In this document: in pieces, positions 25,230-37,597 of the stretch | How positions within the stretch are numbered: position 1 is the first letter of the stretch | Layout of the letters: each line of letters begins with the position of its first letter | Origin: Camelus dromedarius | Lineage: Eukaryota | DNA length: 64,000 nucleotides | Assembly (NCBI RefSeq): GCF_036321535.1 | Contig: NC_087472.1 | Span: forward strand, 101,744,001-101,808,000 | Direction of reading: 5' to 3' | Notes under the pieces: model-generated | The model's database searches: none | The model's input: the letters and a program-made list of their open reading frames with translations, nothing else | What the model was told of the DNA's origin: nothing | Made by a program: the position numbers and the translations under genes

Positions 25230-25420
25230 TCTAACTACAGGCACTGGGCTAAGGGTGCTACATGTATCATTTTGTTTATTCCTCGCCATGGTTCTCTAGG
25301 TAGATATTATTATTCCCATTTCACAGATGGGGAAACTGAGGCTCAGAGAAGCTCAGAAAAGCATTCAAGTTGTCAGTGAGTGACAGGGTCAGGATTGCTC
25401 CGGGAGCAGCTGGCTAACCC
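25230..25420 (-). mobile_element. MIR SINE
   Basis: Near-consensus core tattattattcccatttcacagatggggaaactgaggctcagagaag. Confidence 0.85.
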
Positions 25421-26084
25421 AAGCCCCCAGCCCCAGCCCATTCCTTGGTCTGAGCTCTTTCTAACAACACTGACGTTTTCACTGAAGTACCCAAATCTCA
25501 CCCCCTCTCTGGAGACATTCTGTAGAAGATCTCTCGCTCTGATGGCTCAAGTGCTCTGAGACGCACAGTGAGGGGAACGCTGAGATTGATGCTAAGCTCA
25601 AAGTATACTTCTGTGCCACGTTCTCACCGTTACTGAATTCCTCCCTGCTCATGAACTCTCCGGGCCTGCCATCTGCCTCCCGACCCCTCAAGGGCAGAAA
25701 CGGCATCATTCAGCTCCATTTCCTAGGGCTCCAGCATGATGCCTGGCATATAATCAGAACTGAAGACGTGTGCATCGATGGATTGATGAATTTACAGAGA
25801 AATGGCTTCCGCTTTGTCCTAATTAAAGCCAGAGCAAAGAAACCTTCCTGACCTCGAGGGCCAACTCATGCTACCAATTATGGAGATATTCAGAGCCAAA
25901 TTCTTCTATATTTAAGACAATTTTTTAAAGGCAATTGTTAAAGGTTTGGAGAGGAGTCTGGTTTCTGTTCTCCAGTATCCTATTTTAGGAGACCTGCAAT
26001 CCCACTAAAGGTGGTAGACAGTCCACCGGACGTGTGCACAGTGTGCACGCCACTGCCCGGAATTGCAAAGGATCCCACTGGCTT

Positions 26085-26660
26085 CACCAGCAGCAATTTA
26101 TTGGGTGCATTCTAGATGCCAGCTCCTGAAAGCACAGGGACCAACACAAATTAATGAGGGCCCTGCTCCACAGAACTTACAGTCTAGGAGGAGAGAGAGA
26201 TTGATTCTATCATCATACTTTGAATGTACAACTGCCAAGAGGAAGAAGCACTCTGCGGATGAGAATGTGGGTCTAGAACAAAGGAAACTCCGCAGTTGGG
26301 GAGGGGTCAAAGAGGCCTCCCTGGGGAAGCTTGAAGAGTAATCTAAAGGATGCTGAGGCACAAATCAGGGGAAGGTGGTGTAGGGGGAGCATCTTAGCTC
26401 ATGCAAAGGACCTGTGGGGCCTGACAGTAAGCTAGAGTGGCCAGAGAAGAGGGCAGCAGAGAGGAAGATGGAGGAGGCAGGGCCCATGCACAGTGCCTCC
26501 TGGGCCATGTGGGTTCTAGGCTAAGATCCCTGGTCACCAGGGTGGAGGGGAGACACTTGGGAGGTAAAATGAATGATCTGGTGAAAGGTTTGATGCACGG
26601 GGGTAGGGAAGGGAGAGGGAGACCCACAGGGAGCTTACAACCTAACTGGGAAGCTGGGGG
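26085..26660 (-). mobile_element. L2 3' region
   Basis: cagcaatttattgggtgcattctagatgccag...ccctgctccacagaacttacagtctag...gcatcttagctcatgcaaaggacctg. Confidence 0.7.
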
Positions 26661-26875
26661 CACTGGAGGAACTGGGAAGCTGCGGGAGGGAGAAGGGAGA
26701 GCTCAGAGGGACCAGGAAAGGTGAGGTGGGCCTGGATTCACAGGCAGGAAGTGGGGAGGTTCTTAAGGGGGAGGAATTACTCTCCCCAAAGAGAAGAATC
26801 AAGGGGACAGGGAAGGGGACCCAGGTTACTGTGGAAGATTTATAAGGAGACTGGAAACAAGGGCCGATGGAGGGA

Positions 26876-27312
26876 CCAGGGATCTCCAGGTGTGGTCCTA
26901 GACCCCTGCCCTGCAGCACCACCAGGGAACCTGCTAGAAATGCAGACTCTCAAACACTGTGTTGTATAAATGAACTCTGCTGAGACAGTAGAACTCAAAT
27001 GTTTTCATCAAAAACAACAACGAGAGATAAATATGTGAGATGATGGATATGTTAATTAAGTAGATGGAGGAATCCGTTCACAATGTATACATACATCAAA
27101 TCCCCATGGTTTATACTTTACATATCTCACAATTTTATTTGACGATTATACCTCAATAAAGTGGAATAAAAAGAATGAATGAATGAATGCATATTCTCAG
27201 ACTGTGCCTCAGACTTGATGGGTCTGAGAGCAGAAACCAGCGAGCCGTGGTGTTTCAGTACAATTGCTAGAGCAGGTTAATTGTGCTGTATGCTCAAGGC
27301 TGAGAACCACTG
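26876..27312. mobile_element. MER5A MITE, interrupted by an L1
   Basis: ggtgtggtcctagacc...ctgctagaaatgcagactctca resumes after the L1 and ends aggctgagaaccactg. Confidence 0.75.
26953..27185 (+). mobile_element. Old L1 3' end (L1MA9-like) with decayed 14-bp TSD
   Basis: tatgtgagatgatggatatgttaatt...cacaatgtatacatacatcaaat...ttatacctcaataaag. TSD aatgcagactctca (26939-26952) / aatgcatattctca (27186-27199). Confidence 0.85.
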
Positions 27313-27319
27313 CCCTGGA

Positions 27320-27483
27320 CCAGGGCTTCTCAAACATGAATGTGTCTATGAAACCCCTGGGGATCATGTTAAACAACAGACTCTGACACCATGAGTCAGG
27401 GGTGGAGCCTAAGATCCCACATTTCTAACCAGCTCCCCAGGTGATGATAAGACTAGTCCCAGAACCACACTTTGAGCAGCAAG
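27320..27483. mobile_element. MER5B-like MITE
   Basis: cagggcttctcaaac...cctggggatcatgttaaa...catttctaaccagctccccaggtgatg...accacactttgagcagcaag. Confidence 0.8.
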
Positions 27484-29199
27484 TGTCCGAGGGGTTAGGG
27501 GCCCGTTCATCTGCTCACGGGCGACAAAACAGCAGTCAGTATAAAGCCAGAACAGCCTCTCTCCGGAAACCTGAAAAATGGCACACTCCTTAGCCAAATT
27601 TCTTCCAGGGAAAGCCCACCACAGGCCCCTCACTCAGCAGGGCTGGAAACCTAACCAGCAGATAAGAATAACCCATCCCATCCAACAGCCTGGCTGGAGA
27701 GGAGATAAGAGATTTGAATCCAGGGACAACTGGGCATGTGTGCTGAAACGCACTTTCATGTTCTCCTCAAGCTATTTTTTGAAATGATTAGCTCCTTTAA
27801 GGGGGGAGTTTCATTACCTCCAGTTGGCAGAGAAAGCATCTTTAGACGGAAATCATCTTTGTTCTTTCCTCTGTGTGGTCCGGAAATAGAGGGAACCAAG
27901 CCCCTTTGGCTGCTACCAAAGTGCCTAAAGCCACAAAGCAGCGTGGCCCTCCAGGGAGTCTGGAGCAGAGTGACGGGCACAGGTCAACAGGAGACACAAA
28001 GGGGGGAAAAGAGCAAACAAACACCAAAGGTAAACGGGATGTCGTCAGGGTTTAGTCGACTTCCTGTCCTATGAAATCCACACTGTCATTTCCCAAACAC
28101 AAAATCTCCTCATGAGAATGAAACTTAAAAGTTCTCTCTTGGGACCAATTGAATCCTGATGAGAAAGCCCCTTGATGCTTTTTAAGAGCTACTGTGAATC
28201 AATTTTTTAGGGGGAGGGGAGATGTGCAAAGTGGCAAGAATAGAATCAATAATTTAAAGACTTTGAGTTGGAGTCTGTGTGGACTCTGGGTGGCCCGATC
28301 TCATTTCTGTTTTATGCTGCTTATCTGCACTGGGGATGCAGAGGTAGTGGATTTTTTTTCCCCTAGAAAAACAGCACATCAGCTCTCTGGGCCAGCTCAG
28401 GGACACCAAAGGCATTGCAATGTTAGTCAAACTGGAGCCAACTGAAGCCGGCACACTCCTGAGCGGGAATCAAGCCATCCCAGCACCTGACACTTTCGTG
28501 CTCCCTGCCACCCCCACCCCCACCCCCTGCCCGCATTTCTCTTCCGATCGCTCTTGTGCCGTGTTTTCCTGTGTGTCGTAGACATCCACACATCGACATC
28601 TCACAAGCAATTTTTAGCTCTCTGACACATAATAAAGGCATCCGTTTCCAGCTAAATCAGGCCTTCTGTTCAAAGTGTTTTCCCTAGAAAATACGGCGTA
28701 TTCTAATTAAATAACTCACCGAGCAGCAGGAAGGGATAATGTGGAAATTAGAGCAGCATTTCAGCTGACATAGCACCCTTCTTGACAAGCAGCCCACAGT
28801 AGTTGACAGGTTTTAGAAAGTCAAGCTGTGTTCCCTTGCTGCTGATGTGCAAAGGAAGGAAGGAAGGGAGGGAGGAAGGGGGCAAACCCCCCACTAGGTC
28901 CTTGTTCCCCCGGTTCTAGAGCACAGACTCTCTTCAGCATCTTGGGGTGGCTCTCAAGATGAATTAGTCTACCCCAGGAAGACACTTTGAAGATGGACAG
29001 AAATTGCAGGCAGCGACCTTACTTCCCACAATTCCCTCCCCTGGAGGAAACAGACAACAAAGAAGCGCCCTGGGCATGGATGGAGCCTGGGAGCTTGAGA
29101 GGGTGGCCAAGTCCAAGCCACCAGCATCTCTCCCAGGTTGCGGCAACGACCACCCACCTGTCTCTCTGCCGGGGTCCTGGGCTCCTGCTGCCTCCATAT

Positions 29200-29800
29200 G
29201 CTGCCAGAGCTGTTGGGATGCAAGGCGGGCCCCATCCCAAAGCCATCAGCAGCCCCCCTCACACTCAGAGTCAACACCAAAGTTCCTGCCCCTGGCCTCC
29301 GAGGACTGATGATGTGACTGGCCCCATTGCCCCTCACCTCTCCTCTGTCTTCTCCTGCAGCTGGGCCCTCATTTCCTCCCCTCCAGCGCCTCCAGCACCA
29401 CCAGCCCCACTGGCCTCCTCGTTGCTCCTGGAATCTGCCAAGCACATCTCCACCTCAGGGCCTTTTTGCACTTCAGTCTGCTGGAGCACTCTTCCCCAGA
29501 GAGAGCCATGCAGGACTGGCTCCTCTGCCTCATTCGGGTCTCTGATCCAACATCACTTCCCAGAGGTCTCCTTTACCCTCTCCCCTCACCCAGTTCATCT
29601 GTCTTGAGAACACTTAGCACTACCTGGCATCTTATCGCCCGTCATTTTGTTGATTCGGTATCATCTGTTGCCCCCACTAGCATGTCAGCCCCGGTTGGGC
29701 AGAGGCTCTGATGGCTGCGTTGACCACCACCTCCCCAATGCCTCCAACAGGGCCTGGCACACAGGAGGCACACAACAGAGACTGCTTGGTGTTTAATGAA
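29200..29800 (+). mobile_element. L2 3' region
   Basis: cactggcctcctcgttgctcctggaa...cacctcagggcctttttgcact...cacttagcactacctggcat...gcctggcacacaggaggc. Confidence 0.8.
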
Positions 29801-31084
29801 ATGATCCCAGGAGAGGCGAAGGAGAGAAAAGAGCCAGGACATACCCCTGCATCTCACAGTACTGCTGCCAGGCTGGTGTCAGGAAAGGCGTGGCCAGCTC
29901 AGGTCTAGGTCTACTCAGGTCAACCCACCACCACCCGGGGCATCACTCAGCTGTCAATCTGGTGTTGGTTCCAGTGTACTGTGCTTATGAAGGATGGTGG
30001 CCTGGGGCTGGCTAACTTTCGCAGATGACAGATCTGGAATATTCCGAGGAGACCATATATTTATAAATATTTGAAAAATGGGGCATCTCCAGTGTAACAT
30101 ATTCAGAGGGGTTGCCTTGAAGTGTGGGTGTTTTCATTTATATTTATTTCTTCCCTTTTTGTTTTGTTTAAAGCCAGCAATCCTACCCTAAAGCCACACA
30201 AGCAGTCTTTGAAGAAGGGGTGAGTTAGTTCAGCACTCCCAGAGAGAACTGGTTCCTCAGAGAAGAGTCAGAGATTAGCCGCCATGAAGCTCCCCCACGG
30301 GTCAACCCAGCACAGCTGCCACCCCAAGCAACCCAGAACTGGGACTTCTGCTATGAATTCCCAGGGCCGACAGGGCCCAGTTATTCTTATATACTTAAGG
30401 ATTCGAGGGTGGGAAGCACCCTTAAGGAAATCTCTCCTTTTGTGGGTCTTACCCATTTCAAGGCAGGGATGAAGTAACCAACACTAGACACATGAGCAGT
30501 CCACCCCAGGAGGGAGGCAGGGAGGAGCCATTCCGGAAGTGAGGGCAGAACGGCCCCCCAGGTGGTAAGTAGGGCGGGAGACAAAGGCCAGAGGAAACAG
30601 GAGAACAAGTTACCAGGCACCAATTAATGTGGGGGTGGGGTGGGGACATGAAAGAGAGACAAAGAAGAAACAAGAGACAGAGGAGCAGAGACTCAGAGAG
30701 GAGGACCCCTTCACGCCTTCAGCCAAGAAGAATTCAAATTCCAGTTCAACTTGCAGATGAGACTAGTGGAGCCAGTCTTCCAGCCCAAGAGCCCCACACG
30801 ATCTGGGTCCCTTGGAAGGTAGCAGTGAGTTTGTAAACAGGCCAAAGGGGCAGAGAAGCCCATTAAAAAGGGAGTGCCTTGGGGCTCGGCAGATAGCTTA
30901 TCAGACTTACTTTAAGAATTCCAAGCAGTAAAAACACTCCAAGCGCCACCCTGAACGCTCCTTTCTTTCAACTTGAAGGCTAACCAAACTTTCCGTCAAT
31001 GCAGAGAAGCCTGAAGCGATTAAAGCCAAAGGGAGCACTCCCTCTATTGTGTCTGCTTTTAATCCACAGAGAATTTTTCTTCTA

Positions 31085-31085
<1 letters not shown>

Positions 31086-31134
<49 letters not shown>
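31086..31134. repeat. Perfect (AC)24 microsatellite
   Basis: Counted directly. Confidence 0.95.
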
Positions 31135-31135
<1 letters not shown>

Positions 31136-31949
31136 GTGGTTGGGATTTGTTGATGTGAGCTACAGTGGGGGTTGTGCAGGCAGGGCAAGAGGGGCCACTG
31201 AGACCATGAAGTAAAGTGAAAGGGGAAATAGAGGCACAGATGGAAAGGGGCAAAGACATTTCCCTTCCCCTTCCTCGCTCTCGGAGTCAGAGCGCCAGCA
31301 GAATTCAAGGGCATTTGGCGGTGGTCAGTGGACTGCTCCCCAGTGCCTGGAAGGGGTGGACTGGGGAAGCCCTCCCTTCTCATTCAAAAGCCAAATCAGT
31401 CACTGGAAAGTTAAGTGCTGCCTTCATCACATAACAAAGGACCCTGCAGAGTGCCTCCCAGGCTCCCATGCACTTAATAAAGGCTAACTAAATAAACAAA
31501 GAAAAAGTCTTGAGAAAATAAAACGCTTCACACCTGGGTACCTTCTTTATTACAGACTCCAGTTTAGCAATAACCGGCCAAGCTCTGACCTTACTTCAGA
31601 AACAAGCCAAACAGGGTGAACTGGTCAGAGAAGGCAATGGGACACCTCTTCCAGCATCCAGCCCCTGGGAGGAGAAGGTCTGGTCCGCACTTATTGTTTC
31701 TGCAATGCACCGATGATCCATGTTGTGAATCTAGCTGAAACTTGGTTCATCTTACTGTCAAGTTAACCCTCAGTTTCTAAATAAGGTCGGGAGCTCAGGT
31801 GCACGCCCACTTGTGATAATAACAACAACGTCAACACAGAGCACTGACAGCACACTAGTTCAAAGCGCTTTTTACTTGGATTAACTCATTAAATCCAAGC
31901 CGAAGCTTTTTTAAAAATATTTTCTGCTATTATAAATCATCTAGATCTA

Positions 31950-32110
31950 TAAACAGTAAGGTCCTACTGTGTAGCACAGGGAACTATATTCGATACGTTG
32001 TAATGGCCTATAATGAAAGAGTATGAAAAGGAATATGTATAACTGAATCACTATGCTGTACACAGACATTAACACAACATTGTAAATCAACTGTACTTCA
32101 ATTTAAAAAA
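31950..32110 (+). mobile_element. Short artiodactyl-type L1 3' end with 16-bp TSD
   Basis: aaggtcctactgtgtagcacagggaactatatt...ctgtacttcaatttaaaaaa. TSD aaatcatctagatcta (31934-31949) / aaatcatctgcatcta (32111-32126). Confidence 0.9.
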
Positions 32111-32212
32111 AAATCATCTGCATCTAATTTTCCTCCTCCATAAATTTTTCCAAACCCAGAAATGTGGATAAAACTAATAGCCAGTCAGATTTAGTTGGTC
32201 TTAGCACAAGAC

Positions 32213-32702
32213 TGTGAAAATGGCCCCAGTCATCCCCTCCCAGTATTTCCACCCCTTTGCAAGGAGACCTTGCAGGCCCCCCCCACCACCAAGAGATGGA
32301 GTCTGTTTCTAGTACCCCCAGATCTAGGCTTCGTTACGTGACTCGCTTTGGCCAATATACTTGCAGCAGAAGTGGGATCGCACGAGTTCTAAGCCCGGGT
32401 CTCAACAGGCCTTGCATACTTCTGCTCACATGCTTGGGGTCCTGTGACCAGCATGTGAGCAAGCCCACTCTAAGCTGCTGGAGGACGAGCGGACACCTCC
32501 AAGAGAAACACCCTGGATGAGGCCAACCTACATCAGTCAGTCCCCAGCTGACCTGCCAGTTAACTGTGGACACGTGACAGAGCCCAGCCAAAAGGGGCCA
32601 AGCCAGGCTTGGATGGGAACCAGCCAGCTCCACCACAGACTAGATATGTTTGTTTTTAGCCACTAAGTTGTGGGGTAGTTTGCGCCCTGACAAAGCTATA
32701 CC
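32213..32702 (+). mobile_element. MaLR solo LTR, MLT1H-like
   Basis: aagagatggagtctgtttct...gtgactcgctttggccaat...ttctaagcccgggtctcaacaggccttgca...ttttagccactaagttgtggggtagtttg. Confidence 0.8.
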
Positions 32703-33859
32703 ATTCAGAGCACTGACTGAGCTCTTTTACCTGGTGATTCTCCAATAGGGAGTTAGGACTTGCAGTGTTCTTGCAATTTACTGGACTGCAGATTTCCCCT
32801 CTCGTTTCCTTTTCTCTCTTTTCTGTGTACGCACACACACACATTCCTGGGAGCACGTGCACTCGGGGAAAGACTGCTCCAGATCACACTACGCAGGAAT
32901 CACGAGCATTTGCTCATTTGTAGGTTTTATGGAAAACAGCTGCTTTTCCTTCACGTCCACTTACAGCTTTTACTGCTCCTTCTGAAAAGTCACCCTAATG
33001 GGAAAGGTAACAACCAGTGTTGTAACAATACACGAGAGCTGAGAAACCTCCCCAACAGCTCCTCTGTTCCTGCGATGGCCTATCTAGAACTATTTGAAAA
33101 GACAAATCTCAAGACCAAGAATTTAATATTCTAGCCCCAGTAAAACAACCATCAGAGGTTCCCCCACGAAATCCCTTCCACAAATAACAGCAAATGGCTT
33201 GCAAAAACCAGACCCAAATGAACGGGCTAGAAACTGGTTAAGGATTCATGCAATCAATGAAAAACCAAAATTCTAAGTGTGCTATTCACTGCTTCAAACC
33301 CCCTCCTCACAAAGAGCTTCCACACGAGCATTTTGAAGCATTCATGGAAGTTCACCTTTTACTTAATTCATCTGCTCCTAATAGTTAGTTTTCCTTTCTA
33401 CTCCAACCATCTTTCCCAGAGTTAAAACGATCTAACTTCCCCCACTTCTCTGGAACAGGGTTTGGATGGTGAGAAGGTATTAGTAATACTCTCTTCATGA
33501 TTGACTTGCTGTTGATCAACACTGCGTAAAGGATCTAGGTGCAATTTTTCCAGCAGATGCCACAAAAGTAAATTACCACACACATGACCAAAATTCCATC
33601 TTTCTTATAGAGCATTTAAAAAGTTATTTCAACTTATACAGTGATGTACGTCAATTTTTTCTCAGTCAAATTGGGAAAGAAAGGTTGTGCAAAAGTCATC
33701 AAGTATCCAGTAAGAATTTCTACAATGAGTTACTACACATATCAAGACACACCTGAGAGACCAGGACTGCTTTCCACGGTCCAAGGAGGATGTCAAGGCC
33801 CTTCGTCTCTGTGAACTCAGCTATCAAGTGCCAGAGGATGGCTGTACCTCCCCACCCCA

Positions 33860-34762
33860 TCAAGCACTATTTTGGATTCACAAAGATAGAGGGGATGATG
33901 AATGCAACCATCAGAGTAAATCATTATTCTGGCAAGAATCATCAATGACTGCTCAGACCGGGTGGAGAGAAACTGAGGCAGAATGGGATATTTCCATAAT
34001 GTCAAAGTCTCTTTCCACAAAGTAGACTTGCTCATTACAGAAAGAAAAAGAGTGACTACACAGAGACCATCTTAACGAAGTGATCAGACCTAACATGAAC
34101 AATAAGGGGCATACGGACACCCGTGCCTCCAGATATGGCTCCCAGAGAAGGACAAGTCACTGACACCACTTATACAGTATTCCAGCGAAAGATGCATCTA
34201 TCTGAAGCAAAACATGAGGAAACATCAGAGAAACCTAAATTAAAGGACATTTTATAAAATTCTATAAAATAACCAGCTGGCAATCTTCAAGAATACCAAG
34301 GTCATAAAAGACAAAGGAAGACTTAGCAACTGTTCTGAATTAAAAGAAATGAAAGAGCAGGACAACTTAAATGCAATGTGGGATCCAGGACTAGTTTGCA
34401 AACCCTAAGAAAACTGTTGTAAAATAAAGAGCATTACTGGGACAAAATTGGAATATGGACTAAATAAAAGTATGAAAACAACATTACGTTTCCTAAATTT
34501 GATAGCTGTTCGTAGTTATAGAAGGGAATATTCTTGTTCTTAGGAAATGCAAGAGGGGAAGGGAGTTTGATGCCAACAGCTTCCTGGCAAATGGTTCAGA
34601 AAAATTTACATCTATACATGGATACATGTGTGTGAACACGAGTCCGACTGTCTGTAGAAAGAGAGAAGTAAAACCAATGTGGTAGCGATTCTAGGTAAAA
34701 GGCTACAGGAGTTCTTTGTACTGTTCATGCAACTTTCCTGTAAGTTTTCTATAAATAAAAAG
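33860..34762 (+). mobile_element. Ancient L1 3' UTR (L1MC4-like)
   Basis: ggcaagaatcatcaatg...catgaggaaacatcaga...aaggtcataaaagacaaaggaagact...ttcttgttcttaggaaat...gagttctttgtact...gcaactttcctgtaagttt. Confidence 0.8.
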
Positions 34763-37427
34763 TAGAACAGACAACCAATATAACCAACGTGGAGGTTTGC
34801 CAGTGGTGAGCACGGCGAGGCTGGACCCCCAGAGCAGTCAGTCGGAGGGCAGCCTCCCTTCCCTTCCCGCACAGTCTGCAGTGCTGTCCAGAGCCTTCCC
34901 CAGAAAGGACCCCATCTTAGCTTCTTCTGAGATGGAGCCGTTGTGACCACAGGCCCCTGGCACTCTGGGACGATGTGCATCTTAAAAGTCAGGAACCTGA
35001 AACCACTCCAGGCCACGGTTCGATTCTTCCTGAACATTTTCTTCCTGTGGCTTTTCCATGGTGGTGGCTGGAGGCTATGTAGCTCGTTCACTGGCACCGT
35101 TGTCAGAGAAAGATGTGATTGTGCTTTTACTGAGGCGTAAGGGAGCCTGGGGAGCCAACAGAGACAGGCAGGAAATTACAGGTCTCCAGATGGTCCCTTG
35201 GGCTGCTGGCTGCCGCCCTATCCTGTCTTCTGCCTTTCGCGGAAAGATCCACTAAGGTCAGCTCATCTGGACTAACCGTCCCTGTTACTGGCTCTGCCTC
35301 TGGGCTGTCAGGGGCCTCGCGGTGGGTCTCATGGCTGCTCTGAACCTCAGTTTCCTCATCTGCTGGGTGAGAACAAGCAATCCTGCTGTGCGGGCCCCGC
35401 CACCTCTGGGCAGGGTAGGCCCTGGAGGGCCATCTCTGCCTGGAGAGGTGGGTCTCTGTCGCTCAAGCACTACCTGCCGCTTGCGTCTCCTACTTGCCCC
35501 CGTGTTCGACCAGTCACATGACTGGCTGGCGCCCTCCGTTTCCTCGCCAGCACTCCTGCCTCCTGCACGGCCCTAGAACTCAGCATGATGAGGCTCTAGC
35601 TCCTGGCAGGGCCATCAGGCATGTTGTGCTGCCTGCCGTCACCCCCACTCACCAGACTCCACCTCCAAGAGTGCCCTGGCCTGACTCATGATGCTCAGAC
35701 AGCGACAGAAGCACCCTGCAGATTGAGAAGGACAATTCTTCAAAGGACAGTCACCAACATGAGAATTCTTCCCAGCGAGAGTCTTCCCTATCCATTCTTT
35801 CCCTAACGAGCCTCGGAGAAAGTCACCCCAGAGATGACCTCTGACCTCTAGAGTCACACCAGACTTGCAGATGGGACTAGGCAGGCGGGACAGAGATCCA
35901 TCATCACTGCACTAGGGCACCACGTAACCTCCCCAAACCACAGTGACTGGGGGTTGAGTTGCTGGCTTCTCACCTAACTCTGAGGGGAATTATTCTAAGA
36001 AAGGAAACAAAGATCTGGGGCTAGTGTCACAAGATGGCTCCTCCCAGGGCAGCAGCCATAGTCAGAAGGGAACATTCTAGGCTCCTCGACCAACACCTTA
36101 CAAAGAAAGGCTCCCCAATGCAGGCAAGGCCACGGCTGCTCCAAGCCAGGCCCAAGCAGAGTCCCATCCAGGTTTTCCAGATGGCAGCACTGGGAACATT
36201 AGAAGAGCTGCCACACCCTGGGCTGCGGCTCCTGAAACCTGGACCACAGAAGGTTCTGGGCTCCTTCTCACAGACTCCTGGCTACTATGGGAGCAAACGT
36301 GTGTGACCTGCTGTAAGGGGAAATCGTGGGCCTGTCACAGAACCCTACCCACCTCCCCTAAATAGGTTCCTTTCAGAAGCTATGGCACCTACCAGGCCAA
36401 ACCATCCTGAAACAGTCAAGGCCAGAACATTCCCAGCTCAGCTCTCCCAAAGGCCCACACATCCAACAGGACAGCCATGGGGCTGGAGGAGTCACCGCAC
36501 TTCTCTGAGGCCAGAATCCACACGCTACTGGGAGAGTCTGCTCCAGGCGACTTGGGGGCCGGACAAAGCAGAGATTCTAGAAGGACCTTAAAATACCACA
36601 GAGAACAGAGGACTCCATCTTCCGAGTGGCCTAAGAGCTGGAGGCAGCAATGGCCCAGGACCCATATGTCTCCATCCTCTGAGCCTGGGCCTCCCTCCAC
36701 AGCCCCCAGGTAAGCAGAGACCAAGGTGTCCTGATGTGATGAAACCCAGTTATGGGCCGAACATGCGGGCTGCTTCCTCTGCCAAACCAAAACACGGCAA
36801 CGAGGCAATGGTCCCGAGAATTGGAGCCAAACCCTGATCTGCCAAGGTCATTCAAGTGAAATGGAAGCCATTTCTTCATTTCCCACTTAGCTTCAGCTGT
36901 GGTGACCTGGCCTCAGCCAGCTTGATTATTGAAAATGAGGCACTAGCAAAGAAAGATACATTTGCTTTTGCAAAATGAGTGAATGAACGAATGAAGAAAA
37001 ATTAAGCCAGCTAAAGTACCATCTCTCTAAAGAAGCACTTCGGGACATACACAATGCATCAGATGACACATATATGCATGGCAAGGGAAGGGAAGAGTGA
37101 CCAGGGGACTGAGATCACATTTACTGGAGATTTTCCTCAGTGGCAAAATTAGAGAAATGGGAGAATCCAGTTTAATTCTGCAAGGTCTCATGGGTCGTAC
37201 GTGACAAGGAGAGGAGCCACCAACTGATCCCCCGCCACCCTGCCCCACAAGACTTTCTGGAGCAGAGCACGCCTATTTCCACCTTGGATATGTGATCACG
37301 GAGCACACAGCTAGACCCTCACCCCGTGCTCCTTAGGGAGGGCCAAACTGGGCCCTGACACGTGACATGACTGAGTTAGAGTGATCCCCGCAAGAGAGTT
37401 TTTTTTAAAAAAAAAAAAAACCCAGAT

Positions 37428-37597
37428 CAATGCTTCCTAGACTGCACTGTGCACACAAACCACCCTGCCCAGGCTTTTGTTGAAATGCACATTCCGATTC
37501 ATTCTGTCTGGGGTGGGCTGAGAACCTCCGTTTCTCAAATAACGCCCAGATGAGGCTGATACTGCTGGTTCCATGGACCTCACTTTGAAAAAGCAGG
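37428..37597. mobile_element. MER5B-like MITE
   Basis: ttgttgaaatgcacattccgattc...tctggggtggg...gaggctgatactgctggttccatggacctcactttga. Confidence 0.75.

Noticed and set aside
28987..29607. Longest ORF in the track (206 aa)
   Set aside because: Pro/Ser-rich, starts at a non-ATG codon, mostly overlaps a decayed L2, and has no recognisable domain.
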